35,080 nt of DNA from a virus (taxonomy: Duplodnaviria > Caudoviricetes), in IMG/VR virus record IMGVR_UViG_3300050330_000073, positions 1 through 35,080 of that record. One strand, 5' to 3'. Made by a program: the position numbers and the translations under genes. Under the pieces are notes generated by a model, which worked only from the letters and a program-made list of their open reading frames with translations, had not been told where the DNA came from and made no database searches. Below, one piece after another: positions 18,127 through 27,493 of the stretch. Numbering within the stretch: the stretch's first letter is position 1; every line of letters starts with the position of its first letter.

Positions 18127-18195
18127 CGGAACCTCTTGGAGTGGAGCGCGAATTCCCGAACGGAGCGCAATCGCTCATGGGATCAGGCGAATGGA

Positions 18196-19137
18196 TCAGT
18201 AGGCAGTCACGTCGTTGGTGAGGACGGCGGTCAGCGATTTTTGCAAGACCGGGTCTTCGGCCGCCTGGAAGGCGAACGCAGCCTGGATGCCGCCAGGCCC
18301 GGTAATCGGCTGCTTCGGCTTCGGCAGGTAGACTTCGTGCACGGTGAACAGGAGCGACTTGTTGGCATCGATCGCCCAGCCGAAGGAGAGCTCGCACGCG
18401 GTGCCGGCGACTGCCTGGTCGAGCAGCACGGTGTCAGCGAAGCGGATGTTGACCGTGCCTGACACGCCGACCATGGCGGGGTCGGCGTCCTCGATCCGGC
18501 CGTCCGGGCGGATGACCTCGACCTTGTCGAGATTGTTCGTGTAGGTGAGCTCCGCCGAGACGATCTGCCCGAGCGCGGTGCCGTTGCGCTTGATCTCGCC
18601 CATGAACTGCGAGAAGCGCTCGATCACGGCTTCACTCGGAGAGCCGGCACCAGACACCGCCGCCTTGGTCTCGCCCTGCGCGATCAGGCTCATGGTGGCG
18701 TTGAGGAGCCCCGAGCGCTGCAGCTGGATTTTCATGGAATTGGCGCGCACGCCGAAGTTCATCCCGTAGCTCGGGACCTCCGGCATGCCGATCTCGATCG
18801 CCATGGACGGCAGGGTGAGCGCGCCTGAGACGAAGGTGTGTGTGAAGACGCCGGTGTTGTCGACCGACGTCGGGGCGCCCAGAAGGAGCTTCAGCCAATA
18901 GCCGAAGTTGCGCAGATCGACAGGGACGACCGCATCGCCCTCGTTGTTGACGACGTCGCGGCTCGGCGGCAGCGGTTCGCGCCCGTAGCCGAGGAGATCG
19001 CTCGCGATCAGGTTCTGCTCGTCGCCGAGCGCCGAGGAGACGAAGGGGAGCTTCTTGTAGCCGGCTACCGGCGGCGTGCCGTAGGTGGCCTCGAATGCGG
19101 CAGCCATGACGGCGTTGGCGCCGCGCGCGCGTGCCAT
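18196..19137 (-). CDS. Phage tail tube protein
   Basis: 313 aa, MARARGA...FEATYGTPP N-terminus, beta-rich, AGGAGG RBS, canonical position. Confidence 0.85.
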   Translation of the reverse strand: MARARGANAVMAAAFEATYGTPPVAGYKKLPFVSSALGDEQNLIASDLLGYGREPLPPSRDVVNNEGDAVVPVDLRNFGYWLKLLLGAPTSVDNTGVFTHTFVSGALTLPSMAIEIGMPEVPSYGMNFGVRANSMKIQLQRSGLLNATMSLIAQGETKAAVSGAGSPSEAVIERFSQFMGEIKRNGTALGQIVSAELTYTNNLDKVEVIRPDGRIEDADPAMVGVSGTVNIRFADTVLLDQAVAGTACELSFGWAIDANKSLLFTVHEVYLPKPKQPITGPGGIQAAFAFQAAEDPVLQKSLTAVLTNDVTAY

Positions 19138-19162
19138 GGGACCCTCCTAAGTTTGATGGAAT

Positions 19163-19597
19163 TCAGTTCAGTGGATCGGTCGTGCCGTAGACCGCAACGA
19201 TCGAAGTATCGGCCCAGCGGCCGGCGCGTGCGCCTGCGGTCTCGACATCATCCGTCGAAGGCGCTTCGGCCTCGATGAAGTCGCAGAGCCCGCCGAGCGT
19301 GCGGTCCCCGGCAACAGCGGAACCGATCGCGCCGAGCAAATCGTCGAGCACTTCCTCGCGAGGCTGCGAAGAGGTCTCATAGGCGGCGATCTCGATCGGG
19401 ATACGGTGCGTATAGATGTAGGTGAGCGGCGACAGCATCACCTCTGGCTCGCCCGGATCACCGTCGCGGATGATGGCGAGGCCACCCGGCGCAATGCGCT
19501 CAGGCTTGGCCAGGTTGCGCTTCACGTCCGCGTCGGGCAGCGCGGCCGCGACAAGCGCCTTGAGCGCATCGAGCACCTGTTCGCGCTTGCTCGTCAT
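19163..19597 (-). CDS. Putative tail terminator/completion protein
   Basis: 144-aa acidic protein (IIRDGDPGEP...DRTLGGLCD) immediately upstream of the tail tube gene. Confidence 0.7.
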   Translation of the reverse strand: MTSKREQVLDALKALVAAALPDADVKRNLAKPERIAPGGLAIIRDGDPGEPEVMLSPLTYIYTHRIPIEIAAYETSSQPREEVLDDLLGAIGSAVAGDRTLGGLCDFIEAEAPSTDDVETAGARAGRWADTSIVAVYGTTDPLN

Positions 19598-19677
19598 CGC
19601 AGGCCCGCCACGAGGATCGCGATCACGAATGCGAACGACAGCAATGCCGCGAACATCGCGACGCGTTCCTGCTTCAC
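19594..19677 (-). CDS. 27-aa single-TM microprotein MKQERVAMFAALLSFAFVIAILVAGLR
   Basis: Fills the intergenic gap exactly. GTG overlaps the upstream TGA (GTGA), TGA overlaps the downstream ATG (ATGA), and a GGAGG RBS precedes it. Below the ORF track cutoff. Confidence 0.65.
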   Translation of the reverse strand: MKQERVAMFAALLSFAFVIAILVAGLR

Positions 19678-20336
19678 CTTCCCCTCCAGTGGCTCGCGAT
19701 CGTGCCGGGCACTCGGTCTGCCCAACGCTGTGCGGCGCTGCCGATATCGAGGCGCTTCCGAAGCGTGACCTGCGGCACCAGGATGAACACGACGACCGTC
19801 GAGCGGCCCTTCAAACGCGTGAACTGCGCGCCGCCACGCGTGCGGCCGATGTTCGGCCGCGCCAGTCCTTTCTTGCTCAGCCGTGCATGGTCGGCGACCA
19901 AGAGCGAGGGCTGCCCGCGGCGATACACGAAGCGCAGCCGCAGGCCGGTGCGCCGCTCCCAGCCGCCCGGCGTGATCCGCTTCATGGCGCCGGTCGCACT
20001 GATGCCCTTCACGCCCGCGGCTGGCGTCGGAATTGCGAGCCAGAACCCGCGGCTCGATTTGATCGTCACGCCACGGTCGAACGCATCGACGATGTTGGGA
20101 GCCTTCGACCAGACGAACGAAGCCGCCTCGAGGCTGACTGCGCCTTCCGGGTAGGTCTTCCCGCGCCAGGTGTTGGCCAGGCGCTGTCCAAGGCCCGCGT
20201 CGGCGACGTCGGCGCGCAGGTCGGATTTCAAGCCCTCCGTCACCTCGCGCATGGCGCCGGTGACGGAACGCGCAGCTTCGGTCTCAACCTCGGCCAGGCC
20301 CTTGACGAGGTCGTCGGTCTTGAGCGTGAAGCGCAT
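19674..20336 (-). CDS. Neck/tail completion protein (DUF6441-like)
   Basis: 220-aa basic protein with GLGQRLANTW, GFWLAIPT, FILVPQVTLRKRLD; lambda Z-like position. Confidence 0.72.
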   Translation of the reverse strand: MRFTLKTDDLVKGLAEVETEAARSVTGAMREVTEGLKSDLRADVADAGLGQRLANTWRGKTYPEGAVSLEAASFVWSKAPNIVDAFDRGVTIKSSRGFWLAIPTPAAGVKGISATGAMKRITPGGWERRTGLRLRFVYRRGQPSLLVADHARLSKKGLARPNIGRTRGGAQFTRLKGRSTVVVFILVPQVTLRKRLDIGSAAQRWADRVPGTIASHWRGR

Positions 20337-20340
20337 CGGA

Positions 20341-20658
20341 TCAGGGCGGCGGCGCGGTCTCGCAGGTCCAGACCAGGCCGAGGCTGTCCGCGACCGGAGT
20401 GGCGAGGACCTCGAACACAGCGCCGTCGATCTCGACGGTGTCGCCCGAAGCAGGATCCGAGACTTCCGACCGGCGCACGTCGATCAGCATTGTCGGCAGG
20501 ATGGCCCGGCTGTCGCCAAAACCGACGGCCTGGTCGGGCCTCTTGATGATGACGCGGACCACGACGCCGTCGCCCGCACCGCCCGCGCGCCAGAGCGCGT
20601 CGCGGGCGATATTCAGGTCGGCAAACAGCGCGTCGGTTGCAGCCGCAAACGGATCCAT
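20341..20658 (-). CDS. Head-tail joining protein (gpFII-like)
   Basis: 105-aa beta-rich protein directly after the major capsid gene. Confidence 0.75.
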   Translation of the reverse strand: MDPFAAATDALFADLNIARDALWRAGGAGDGVVVRVIIKRPDQAVGFGDSRAILPTMLIDVRRSEVSDPASGDTVEIDGAVFEVLATPVADSLGLVWTCETAPPP

Positions 20659-20667
20659 GACGGCGAT

Positions 20668-21690
20668 TCAGTTGCTGGTCAGGATTTTGACCGCGAGACG
20701 AGGCCGCTTGTTCACCGGCAGGGGCGAAGCCTCAGTCTTGACGTCGATGGCGCTGCCGTCCTGCCGAGCGATCTGACGGGCATAGATCGGCAGCCCCATC
20801 GTATTGACGGTCTCGATCAGGTTTGCCGGTGAACCGTAGGTGACGAAGGTATCGAGGGTGCCGAGCGGGAACGCGATGCCCTCGTTCGCCGGGATCAGCG
20901 TCTCGGTCGCACCGGTCGAAAGCGTGACCGTGGCATTGTATTCCTCGAACACGATGCCGGAGAACGGGAAGCGCCGGCGGGTGTCCTCGCGCAGCGGCTG
21001 CGCGCCGGTCGAGGAGAAATACTTGTAGGCCTCCTCGACCTTGGCGTGCCCGATCAGTTTGTCAAAGAAGCCGGGGCTGACCAGCGCGAGCACGCCGTTC
21101 ATGGTCTCGCCCTTGAGCTCGGTCTCCACGTTGCGCAGGACCTCGCGGCACTTCCCCTGCACGTTGGTGCCGGCGGTCCCGAGCACGAAGTCGACCGACT
21201 GCTGGACCAGGCCGAACTCGTCGAAGTAGTCGTAGAGCGCGACGCCGGCGCCGTCCTTGACGATGCCACGGAGCGCGTTGATCTCCATGTATTCCCGCGT
21301 CTGCGCGTGCTTGGCGCGCATGCGGGTTAGCTTGCGTTCCATGACGGTTGCGAGCGGGTCGGCCGCGTCGGCGACGCCGAAGCCTCGGACGCCCTGGATG
21401 TCCTGCGGCGTGATGACGTCGTCGTGCGGAATCCACGGCACCGTGAACGATCGCATCGAGCGCGTGTCTCGATTGGCAACCGTTGCCGGCCCGCCGAGTG
21501 GCACGGCTGGCAGCAGGTTGAGCACGCCCTCGGCCTGCTCGATGATGACGCTGCGCTGGGTCACGCCTTCGAAGCGGAACAGGCCCATCTCGCCGAGCCG
21601 CGTGTAGATGTTGGGCAGGATGTTGATGGCGGTGGTCATCTCGGCGAGCGTGTAGCCGCCCGCGTCGAAGGGATTGATTATCGGGGCCAT
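20668..21690 (-). CDS. Major capsid protein (lambda gpE family)
   Basis: 340 aa, MTTAIN.LP, IQGVR.FG, TREY..INALRG, PLPVNKRP; GAGGAG RBS before ATG 21690; follows gpD. Confidence 0.9.
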   Translation of the reverse strand: MAPIINPFDAGGYTLAEMTTAINILPNIYTRLGEMGLFRFEGVTQRSVIIEQAEGVLNLLPAVPLGGPATVANRDTRSMRSFTVPWIPHDDVITPQDIQGVRGFGVADAADPLATVMERKLTRMRAKHAQTREYMEINALRGIVKDGAGVALYDYFDEFGLVQQSVDFVLGTAGTNVQGKCREVLRNVETELKGETMNGVLALVSPGFFDKLIGHAKVEEAYKYFSSTGAQPLREDTRRRFPFSGIVFEEYNATVTLSTGATETLIPANEGIAFPLGTLDTFVTYGSPANLIETVNTMGLPIYARQIARQDGSAIDVKTEASPLPVNKRPRLAVKILTSN

Positions 21691-21706
21691 TCTTTTGGGT
21701 CTCCTC

Positions 21707-21749
21707 AAAAAGGGACCGGCCCCCGATGGAGGTCCATCGAGGCCCGGTC
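21707..21749 (-). promoter_or_regulatory. Strong stem-loop plus U-tract between gpD and the capsid RBS
   Basis: Minus strand GACCGGGCCTCGATGGA-CC-TCCATCGGGGGCCGGTC then CCTTTTT then GAGGAG; 16 of 17 positions can pair. Confidence 0.65.
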
Positions 21750-21771
21750 AGGCAGGGAGGTTCAGGGAAGA

Positions 21772-22161
21772 TCAGGCGGTATCGCGGGTGACGATGCCGG
21801 CCGCGGCGAGCTGTGCGTGCTTGGCGGTCTTTTCGGCCGCCTGGTCGACGGACGCGTCGAAAACAAGCGCGGCCTTGGACACGATCGCGGGCCCGCGCGC
21901 GACCACGAGGCCGGTCTTGTCGGCCGCGGTCGCATCGACCGCCTCGATCAGAACCGCCACAGCTGTCTCGGCGCCCTCGTCACCCACGACCTGGGCGGCG
22001 GGCGAGAGCCGGTACTTGCCGGAGGCGGTGATCTTGCCGAGCACGGAACCGAGTGCGTAGTCCGTGCCGGATTTCAGCGTGATCGTTTCCCGGTTGTAGT
22101 TGCCGTTGAGCTCATACTTGAGCAGATCGCCGAGCGTCGGCGCTTTGGTAAGAGTGGCCAT
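21772..22161 (-). CDS. Head decoration protein (lambda gpD-like)
   Basis: 129 aa, GSVLGKITASGKY...DEGAETAVAVL; AAGGAG RBS before ATG 22161. Confidence 0.85.
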   Translation of the reverse strand: MATLTKAPTLGDLLKYELNGNYNRETITLKSGTDYALGSVLGKITASGKYRLSPAAQVVGDEGAETAVAVLIEAVDATAADKTGLVVARGPAIVSKAALVFDASVDQAAEKTAKHAQLAAAGIVTRDTA

Positions 22162-22182
22162 GTCTGGGGCTCCTTGTGGCAA

Positions 22183-23454
22183 TCAACCGCGGGCCGCTGC
22201 GGCGCGCTCGCGCGCGCGCCGGACGATCGGGCTGTCGCCGGCCGTCGGGGTGGAGGGCGCTGCGGCGATAACGCTGGTCGCCTCGGTGCGTGCCGCGAGC
22301 GTGTCGAGCACCGAGCGACGAAGCGCGTCCGCCGAGACGCCCTTTCGCAGCGCATCGGCTGCGTCGACCGTCACCCCGAGCCGGGCCGCCTGAGCCGCGA
22401 CCGCGGCAATCTCCGCGAATTCTGCGCGAAGCTTGTCCGCGGGCGCCGACGCTGGTTCCAGCGCCGGGGGCGTAGGATCAGGAATTGCCGCAGGTGCCGG
22501 CTGAGGCTCGACCGGCTGTTGCGGCGCGTTCGGCTCGTCTGGAATCTGTTCCGTTTCGTTCGTCGCCATGGACGGACTCCTCTTCTGTCTCGGGTTGGTG
22601 GATGGGCGCGCGGTCGCCGCGCGATCGAGTTCAGCGGCCATCTCGGCAATGGCAAGGTCGAGCGTGCCCATGCGGTCGGCGAGGCCCGCGCGGATCGCGA
22701 GCTCGCCGCGATAGATCGCGGCGTTCGTCCCGCGCGCTGCTTCGCTTGTCAGCCCGCGGTTGACCGAAACCAACGCGCAGAACTCGGAATAGAGGCGATC
22801 GACATCCGCCTGAATTGTCGCTCGGGCGCGCTCGGAGAGCGGCTCGTGGGCATTGCCGTCGATCTTCTGTGTACCCGCGAATACGAAGGTCCAGGCCAGT
22901 CCCGCCTTGGCGTCTGCCCCGCTCTCGTCGATGTGCATCGCAACCACGCCGATGGAGCCAACCTCGCCGGTGCGCGTCACGTAGAGCTGATCGGCCGTGC
23001 TCGCGATAGCGTAAGCCGCGGACAGCGCGCATTCGTTTGCCACCGCCCAAAGCGGCTTGGCGCTCGCGTCCCTGATCGCTTGAATCTGTTCGACCAGGTC
23101 GAACAGGCCGCCGACCTCTCCTCCGGGCGAATCCACATCGAGGACAACACCGCGCACACTGGGGTCGCTCATCGCGCCGGCAATCGCATCGGCAATCTCG
23201 CCGTAGGACACCAGGCCGCTCGCTGCGTCGAGGTAGCCGGAGCGGCTCACCAGGGTGCCGATGACCGAGACCACCGCGATCCGTTCGACCGTCACGGAAA
23301 CCATCGGTGCCGGGTCAGCCTGGGCTTCGATCGGTTCTCCGGCACCTCCCGCGAGACGCGGCGCCAGCACGCCGAGGATCACTTCGAGCTTGGCGCGGGC
23401 GATCATGAGCGGCGTCCCGAATACGCGGGACGCTATATGAGGCAGGTTGCGCAT
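22183..23454 (-). CDS. S49 prohead protease with C-terminal scaffold region (lambda gpC/Nu3-like)
   Basis: LDVDSPGGE, SAAYAIAS (catalytic Ser), VGSIGV, GTQKIDG; Pro-rich linker then helical C-terminus. Confidence 0.92.
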   Translation of the reverse strand: MRNLPHIASRVFGTPLMIARAKLEVILGVLAPRLAGGAGEPIEAQADPAPMVSVTVERIAVVSVIGTLVSRSGYLDAASGLVSYGEIADAIAGAMSDPSVRGVVLDVDSPGGEVGGLFDLVEQIQAIRDASAKPLWAVANECALSAAYAIASTADQLYVTRTGEVGSIGVVAMHIDESGADAKAGLAWTFVFAGTQKIDGNAHEPLSERARATIQADVDRLYSEFCALVSVNRGLTSEAARGTNAAIYRGELAIRAGLADRMGTLDLAIAEMAAELDRAATARPSTNPRQKRSPSMATNETEQIPDEPNAPQQPVEPQPAPAAIPDPTPPALEPASAPADKLRAEFAEIAAVAAQAARLGVTVDAADALRKGVSADALRRSVLDTLAARTEATSVIAAAPSTPTAGDSPIVRRARERAAAARG

Positions 23455-23459
23455 GATGG

Positions 23460-23795
23460 TTAGATCAATGCTGAGCGGACGCGCTCGGTGACAGCCGCGA
23501 GGTCGACTCGAATTTCCGTATGGCCGCAGCGCGCAACCACGGTTTGGCGACCTGCGGTGTCCAAGGGCGAGGTACCCAGAATTTTAGCAGCGCGACACGG
23601 TGGAAGACCGGCCGTCCCCAGTTCGACGATGGCTGCGAGATGAACGATATCCCTGAGCGTGTATTCGCGGCGGATTCCCGCTTGTGACTCACGAAGGGGG
23701 GCGAAGTGTTCACGCTCGATCCATTGATGCAGGCAAACAGGCGTGATGCCCACGGCCGCGCAGGTTTCGTGGATCGTAAAAGTACGTTCGGTCAC
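23460..23795 (-). CDS. MerR-like helix-turn-helix protein inserted in the head operon
   Basis: FTIHETCAAVGITPVCLHQWIER...GIRREYTLRDI...ELGTAGLP pattern; GTGA overlap with the portal stop. Confidence 0.65.
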   Translation of the reverse strand: MTERTFTIHETCAAVGITPVCLHQWIEREHFAPLRESQAGIRREYTLRDIVHLAAIVELGTAGLPPCRAAKILGTSPLDTAGRQTVVARCGHTEIRVDLAAVTERVRSALI

Positions 23796-25261
23796 GGCTG
23801 CGAATTCTCCTGATTAGGAAGCTGATCGGGCTCCGATGGCATAGCGGCATCCGAGGCATTGCTGCCGAACACCAGTCCAAGGCCCTTTTCGCGTGCTCGG
23901 TCTGCAGCAATCTCGCTGTCGACCTGCTCGGCGTCATAGCCGCGCTCGGCCAGCGCCTGCGTGCGGCTCTTGAGACCAGCGTCGATCTGCTCGATCTCGG
24001 CGCGAGCGTCTTTCAGCGGATCGACCCAGTCCCACTTCGGCGGCAGCCATCCGCACGCCAGATACTCGCGCCAGCGCTGGTCGTAGTCCGGCAGTGCGAG
24101 CGTGCCCGCAAGGACCGCGGTGTCCATCCAGCGTGCCCAGACCTGGCGGCACAGCTGCCAGACGATGACGGCATGCTGATAGGCTTCGATCCGCCGTCGG
24201 AATTCCAGCAGCGCAAGGCGCGAGTTCGAATAGTTCGCCTTGAGCATGTCGTTCGAGAGATACGCATACGGCACGCCGAGCGCGGCCGAGACCTGTAGCA
24301 ATGTCCGGTATTGGAACGGCTCGTAGGTCTGGCCGACGTCAGCCGGCGCCGAAGTCTGCACCTCCTCGCCGGGCTCCAGCATGGTGATCTGGCCCGGCTG
24401 CAGATCTATCGTGCGCTCGTCATTCTGATCGCGTCCCTCCGCGGCATCGAGTGGTTCGGCCGGCGCCGGCGTCGTGATGAAGAGCGCGTGCATCGCCGCG
24501 ACCTTCTTCCGGTCGAGCTCGGCGTCATCGTACTGGTCGAGCAGGAAGAGCTTCACGATGCCGGCCGCGAAGCGCGACACGCCACGAAGCTGACCGGCGT
24601 CCACCGGATCGATGACGTGCACGATCTCGAAGGCCGGCACGCGCACGATGTCGCCAGCGAGTCCGGGATCGGTGATGTCGCCCGGATGCCGTCGCAGGAA
24701 ATGATAGGCGACGCGCCGGCCGATCCCGTCGAATTCGATGCCCTGGCGGATGACATTGCCGCCGGGAATGATTTCGTTGCGATTGAGCGGCAGCATCTCC
24801 GAGGGGAGCATCTGCAGCTGCAGCGGCACCGTGAGACCGTCCTGCGGCCGGCGCGGCCTGAACCGAAAGAACACCTCGCCCGCGATAAACACCTCGCGCG
24901 CGGCGCGGCGCTGCAAACCATAGAAGTCGGTGAAGCCCTCCGCATCGGCTTCATCGGTCCAGCCGAGCCAGAGATCCTGGACCGCTGCTTTCAAGCCGGC
25001 GTCCTTGATCAGTGACGACGGCTTGATGCCGGCGCCGACCACGTTGCCGGCCCAGCTCTCGATCGCGTTCGCGGCGTAGCCGTTGTTGCGGATGAGCCAG
25101 CGCGCGCGGGCCGTGATGTCTGGACCGGCCGCCGCGATCAGCGTGTTGAGATGCGCCCGGCTCGGCTGGAATCCTTTCAGTCGCCGGTTTGCGAGCCCGG
25201 CCTCGAACCCGCCAATGAATGCTCCGACACGCCGCCGGAACTGTTGCAGCGAAGCGAGCAC
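23792..25261 (-). CDS. Portal protein, lambda family (gpB)
   Basis: RARWLIRNNGYA, VVGAGI, GIEFD..GRRVAY, GQLRGVS, ANYSNSR.ALLE, WDWVDPLKD. Confidence 0.95.
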   Translation of the reverse strand: MLASLQQFRRRVGAFIGGFEAGLANRRLKGFQPSRAHLNTLIAAAGPDITARARWLIRNNGYAANAIESWAGNVVGAGIKPSSLIKDAGLKAAVQDLWLGWTDEADAEGFTDFYGLQRRAAREVFIAGEVFFRFRPRRPQDGLTVPLQLQMLPSEMLPLNRNEIIPGGNVIRQGIEFDGIGRRVAYHFLRRHPGDITDPGLAGDIVRVPAFEIVHVIDPVDAGQLRGVSRFAAGIVKLFLLDQYDDAELDRKKVAAMHALFITTPAPAEPLDAAEGRDQNDERTIDLQPGQITMLEPGEEVQTSAPADVGQTYEPFQYRTLLQVSAALGVPYAYLSNDMLKANYSNSRLALLEFRRRIEAYQHAVIVWQLCRQVWARWMDTAVLAGTLALPDYDQRWREYLACGWLPPKWDWVDPLKDARAEIEQIDAGLKSRTQALAERGYDAEQVDSEIAADRAREKGLGLVFGSNASDAAMPSEPDQLPNQENSQP

Positions 25262-25474
25262 TCAAAGTCCCTTCGAAGCAGAGGTCAGGATCCGGCGACG
25301 CCGGCCGCCTTCACCGGCGGCGGCAATCCGGCGTTCCAGATCCGTGATGGCGGCCGCCATCTCGGCGTCGGTGGCATATGTGACGCGCCGACCGTCGATC
25401 TCGACCGTCCGCACGCCACGGAAGCGCGCCGCCAGCAGCACATCGCGTTGCGCGGTCATCTCTTCGAGAGTCAT
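25262..25474 (-). CDS. Head-tail joining protein gpW-like
   Basis: 70 aa, GVRTVEIDGRRVTY; between terminase and portal. Confidence 0.85.
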   Translation of the reverse strand: MTLEEMTAQRDVLLAARFRGVRTVEIDGRRVTYATDAEMAAAITDLERRIAAAGEGGRRRRILTSASKGL

Positions 25475-25480
25475 TTTGGT

Positions 25481-27493
25481 TCAGCTCAGATAGGTCGATC
25501 GGAAAACGCGGCGTGCACGGCGCCCGGGGCGGCGTCGGATGACACCCGCCACCGTCTCGCCCACCGCCTCAGGCTCAATGGCCTGGTCGGAATTTGCGTC
25601 GGCCGAGATTCCGACTTGCTGCTCGAGGTCGCGCCACATGGCCTCGGTCCAGCGATCGGCGCCGGCGATCCACGCGGCCGCGCGGGCATAAACCCTGCAA
25701 TCGAGTGCTTCGTTGCGCTCGCGCAATTTCTGCCATTCGAGCCGGCTGAAACCGCGCTTGGTCTTCACCGTGACAAGCTGCTCGGCGACGAGCTGCTTTA
25801 CCCACTCGGCTTCGGCGCCGCGCGGCAGATGGACGAAGCCCACCGGATGCCGCGCGCCGCTGGCGATCTCCTCGTCAGTCGGAGCCACCAGGCGCAGGAA
25901 CCGATAGCTCTCGCTCTTGAACGTGGCGACCGCGATCGTCCACAGCCGCGCCCCGCGTCGAAGCTTCTTGCCGCCCTCGGTGACGTCGACGTGCGTCGGG
26001 CCCGCGACTGGCGCCGTCCGGTTGAAGCCATCGACGCCCTTGATGGGCGCGACCTGGGCGTGGCCTGCCTTGCGGGCCCACGCATACACGGCCGGCGCTT
26101 CGTAGCCGGTGTCGATCGCGAGCTTTGCAAGGCCGAGCCGCGTACCCTGCGCATGCAACCACGTGCGATCGAGAAGGAGACCAAGCTCTGCCCAGGTCTC
26201 GGCTTGCTCGGGCCCGCCCTCGACCACGATGTGGTCGACGAGCCAGCTTTCGAGCCCACGACCCCAAGCCCAGACATCGACCTCGATGCGGTCCTTCTGG
26301 ACGTCGGCACCGGCCGTCAGGAACAGGCCACCTCTCGGCACGGTGCCGATCTGCCAGGACTCGCGGCGCTCGTAGAGGCGCTGCCAATCCGGCGCCTCGC
26401 CGGTCTCGACCCAGGTCTCGCCAAGCACGCTGTTCTTGAAACTGCGCCTGGCTTCGTCGGTGGTCGCCGCTTCGCACAGCCGCGCGATGTGCTCCCAGGA
26501 AAGCCAGCCGACCGGCGAGTACAGCGCCGAAATATGGAATCCGATAGTGCCCGGGTCTTCCGAGTCCGCAGTCGCGCGCCACTTCCCGGCCTCGAGCATG
26601 GCCGTCTTGTGATGCTCCTCGACCCGTCCATCGCAGGACGAGCAGATATAGTGTGCGGTGTCGGGCTTGCCCTTGTCCCAGCGCAGCCGTTCGAACTTGA
26701 GCCACTGCATGTCCCGGCAGTGCGGACAGGGCACGAAGTAGCGGCGCTGATCGGATGCCTCGTACTCACGCTCCACCCGCGACAAGCCATGGATCGTCGG
26801 CGTCGATCCCAGCAGGACTTTCGAGCGCCACGAGAAGGTGCGGGTGCGCGCTTCGGCAAGAGCGACCGGATCGCCCTCCTCGTCGGCCGAGGGCGGGTAG
26901 GCATCGACCTCATCGAGGAACAGGTAGCGCGCCGGCATCGAGCGCAAGCCGACGGCGCTGTTCGCCCCGGTGATCACCAGGAGTCCAGCAGGAAATTCCT
27001 TCGAGAGCACCGTGTTGCCTGCATCACGCGAGCGCGCCGGCTTGACGCGCTCGCGGAGCGCAGGGCTCTCATGGATCAGGGGCTCAAGGCGCTGGCGGGA
27101 AAAGCGCTTGGCGAGCTCGACGGTCGGCTGCACCGCGAGCATCGGCCCCGGTGCATGATGGATGACGTATCCGATCCAGTTGTTGCCGCCTTCGGTGAAG
27201 CCGACCTGGGCCGATTTCATCACCACGATGCGGCGCGCCGGATGCATCGGCGACAGCGCGTCAACAATCTCCCGTATGTAGGGCGTGCGATCGGTGCGGT
27301 AGCGGCCGGGCTCGGCCGACGCGCGCGGGCTCAGCACCCGGTGGCGGTCGGCCCATTCCGAGACAGTCAGCGCCGGATCGGGGGTGAGCCCGTCGCGCCA
27401 GGACTGGCCAAGCTCGTCGGCGCCCTCGAACCCGAACAGATCAGCGGAGCTCTGGCCGGATCTCGGCGAGCTCGGCGAGGTGACCGCGGACAT
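25481..27493 (-). CDS. Terminase large subunit (lambda gpA family); start codon uncertain
   Basis: VMKSAQVGFTE (Walker A variant), YLFLDEVD (Walker B), STPT, CPHC...CSSC, LTAGADVQ, AIDTG, RNEALDC. Confidence 0.95.
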   Translation of the reverse strand: MSAVTSPSSPRSGQSSADLFGFEGADELGQSWRDGLTPDPALTVSEWADRHRVLSPRASAEPGRYRTDRTPYIREIVDALSPMHPARRIVVMKSAQVGFTEGGNNWIGYVIHHAPGPMLAVQPTVELAKRFSRQRLEPLIHESPALRERVKPARSRDAGNTVLSKEFPAGLLVITGANSAVGLRSMPARYLFLDEVDAYPPSADEEGDPVALAEARTRTFSWRSKVLLGSTPTIHGLSRVEREYEASDQRRYFVPCPHCRDMQWLKFERLRWDKGKPDTAHYICSSCDGRVEEHHKTAMLEAGKWRATADSEDPGTIGFHISALYSPVGWLSWEHIARLCEAATTDEARRSFKNSVLGETWVETGEAPDWQRLYERRESWQIGTVPRGGLFLTAGADVQKDRIEVDVWAWGRGLESWLVDHIVVEGGPEQAETWAELGLLLDRTWLHAQGTRLGLAKLAIDTGYEAPAVYAWARKAGHAQVAPIKGVDGFNRTAPVAGPTHVDVTEGGKKLRRGARLWTIAVATFKSESYRFLRLVAPTDEEIASGARHPVGFVHLPRGAEAEWVKQLVAEQLVTVKTKRGFSRLEWQKLRERNEALDCRVYARAAAWIAGADRWTEAMWRDLEQQVGISADANSDQAIEPEAVGETVAGVIRRRPGRRARRVFRSTYLS

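Noticed and set aside
17471-18397. 308-aa ORF as an independent gene
   Set aside because: Its 5' two-thirds overlaps the tube and chaperone genes out of frame. Only the part after the slippery site looks coding.
23460-23795. HTH gene as the merR regulator of the mer operon
   Set aside because: It is about 11 kb from merT, embedded in the head operon, shorter than MerR, and lacks a recognisable MerR C-terminal Hg-binding Cys arrangement. The real merR may lie beyond the right edge.
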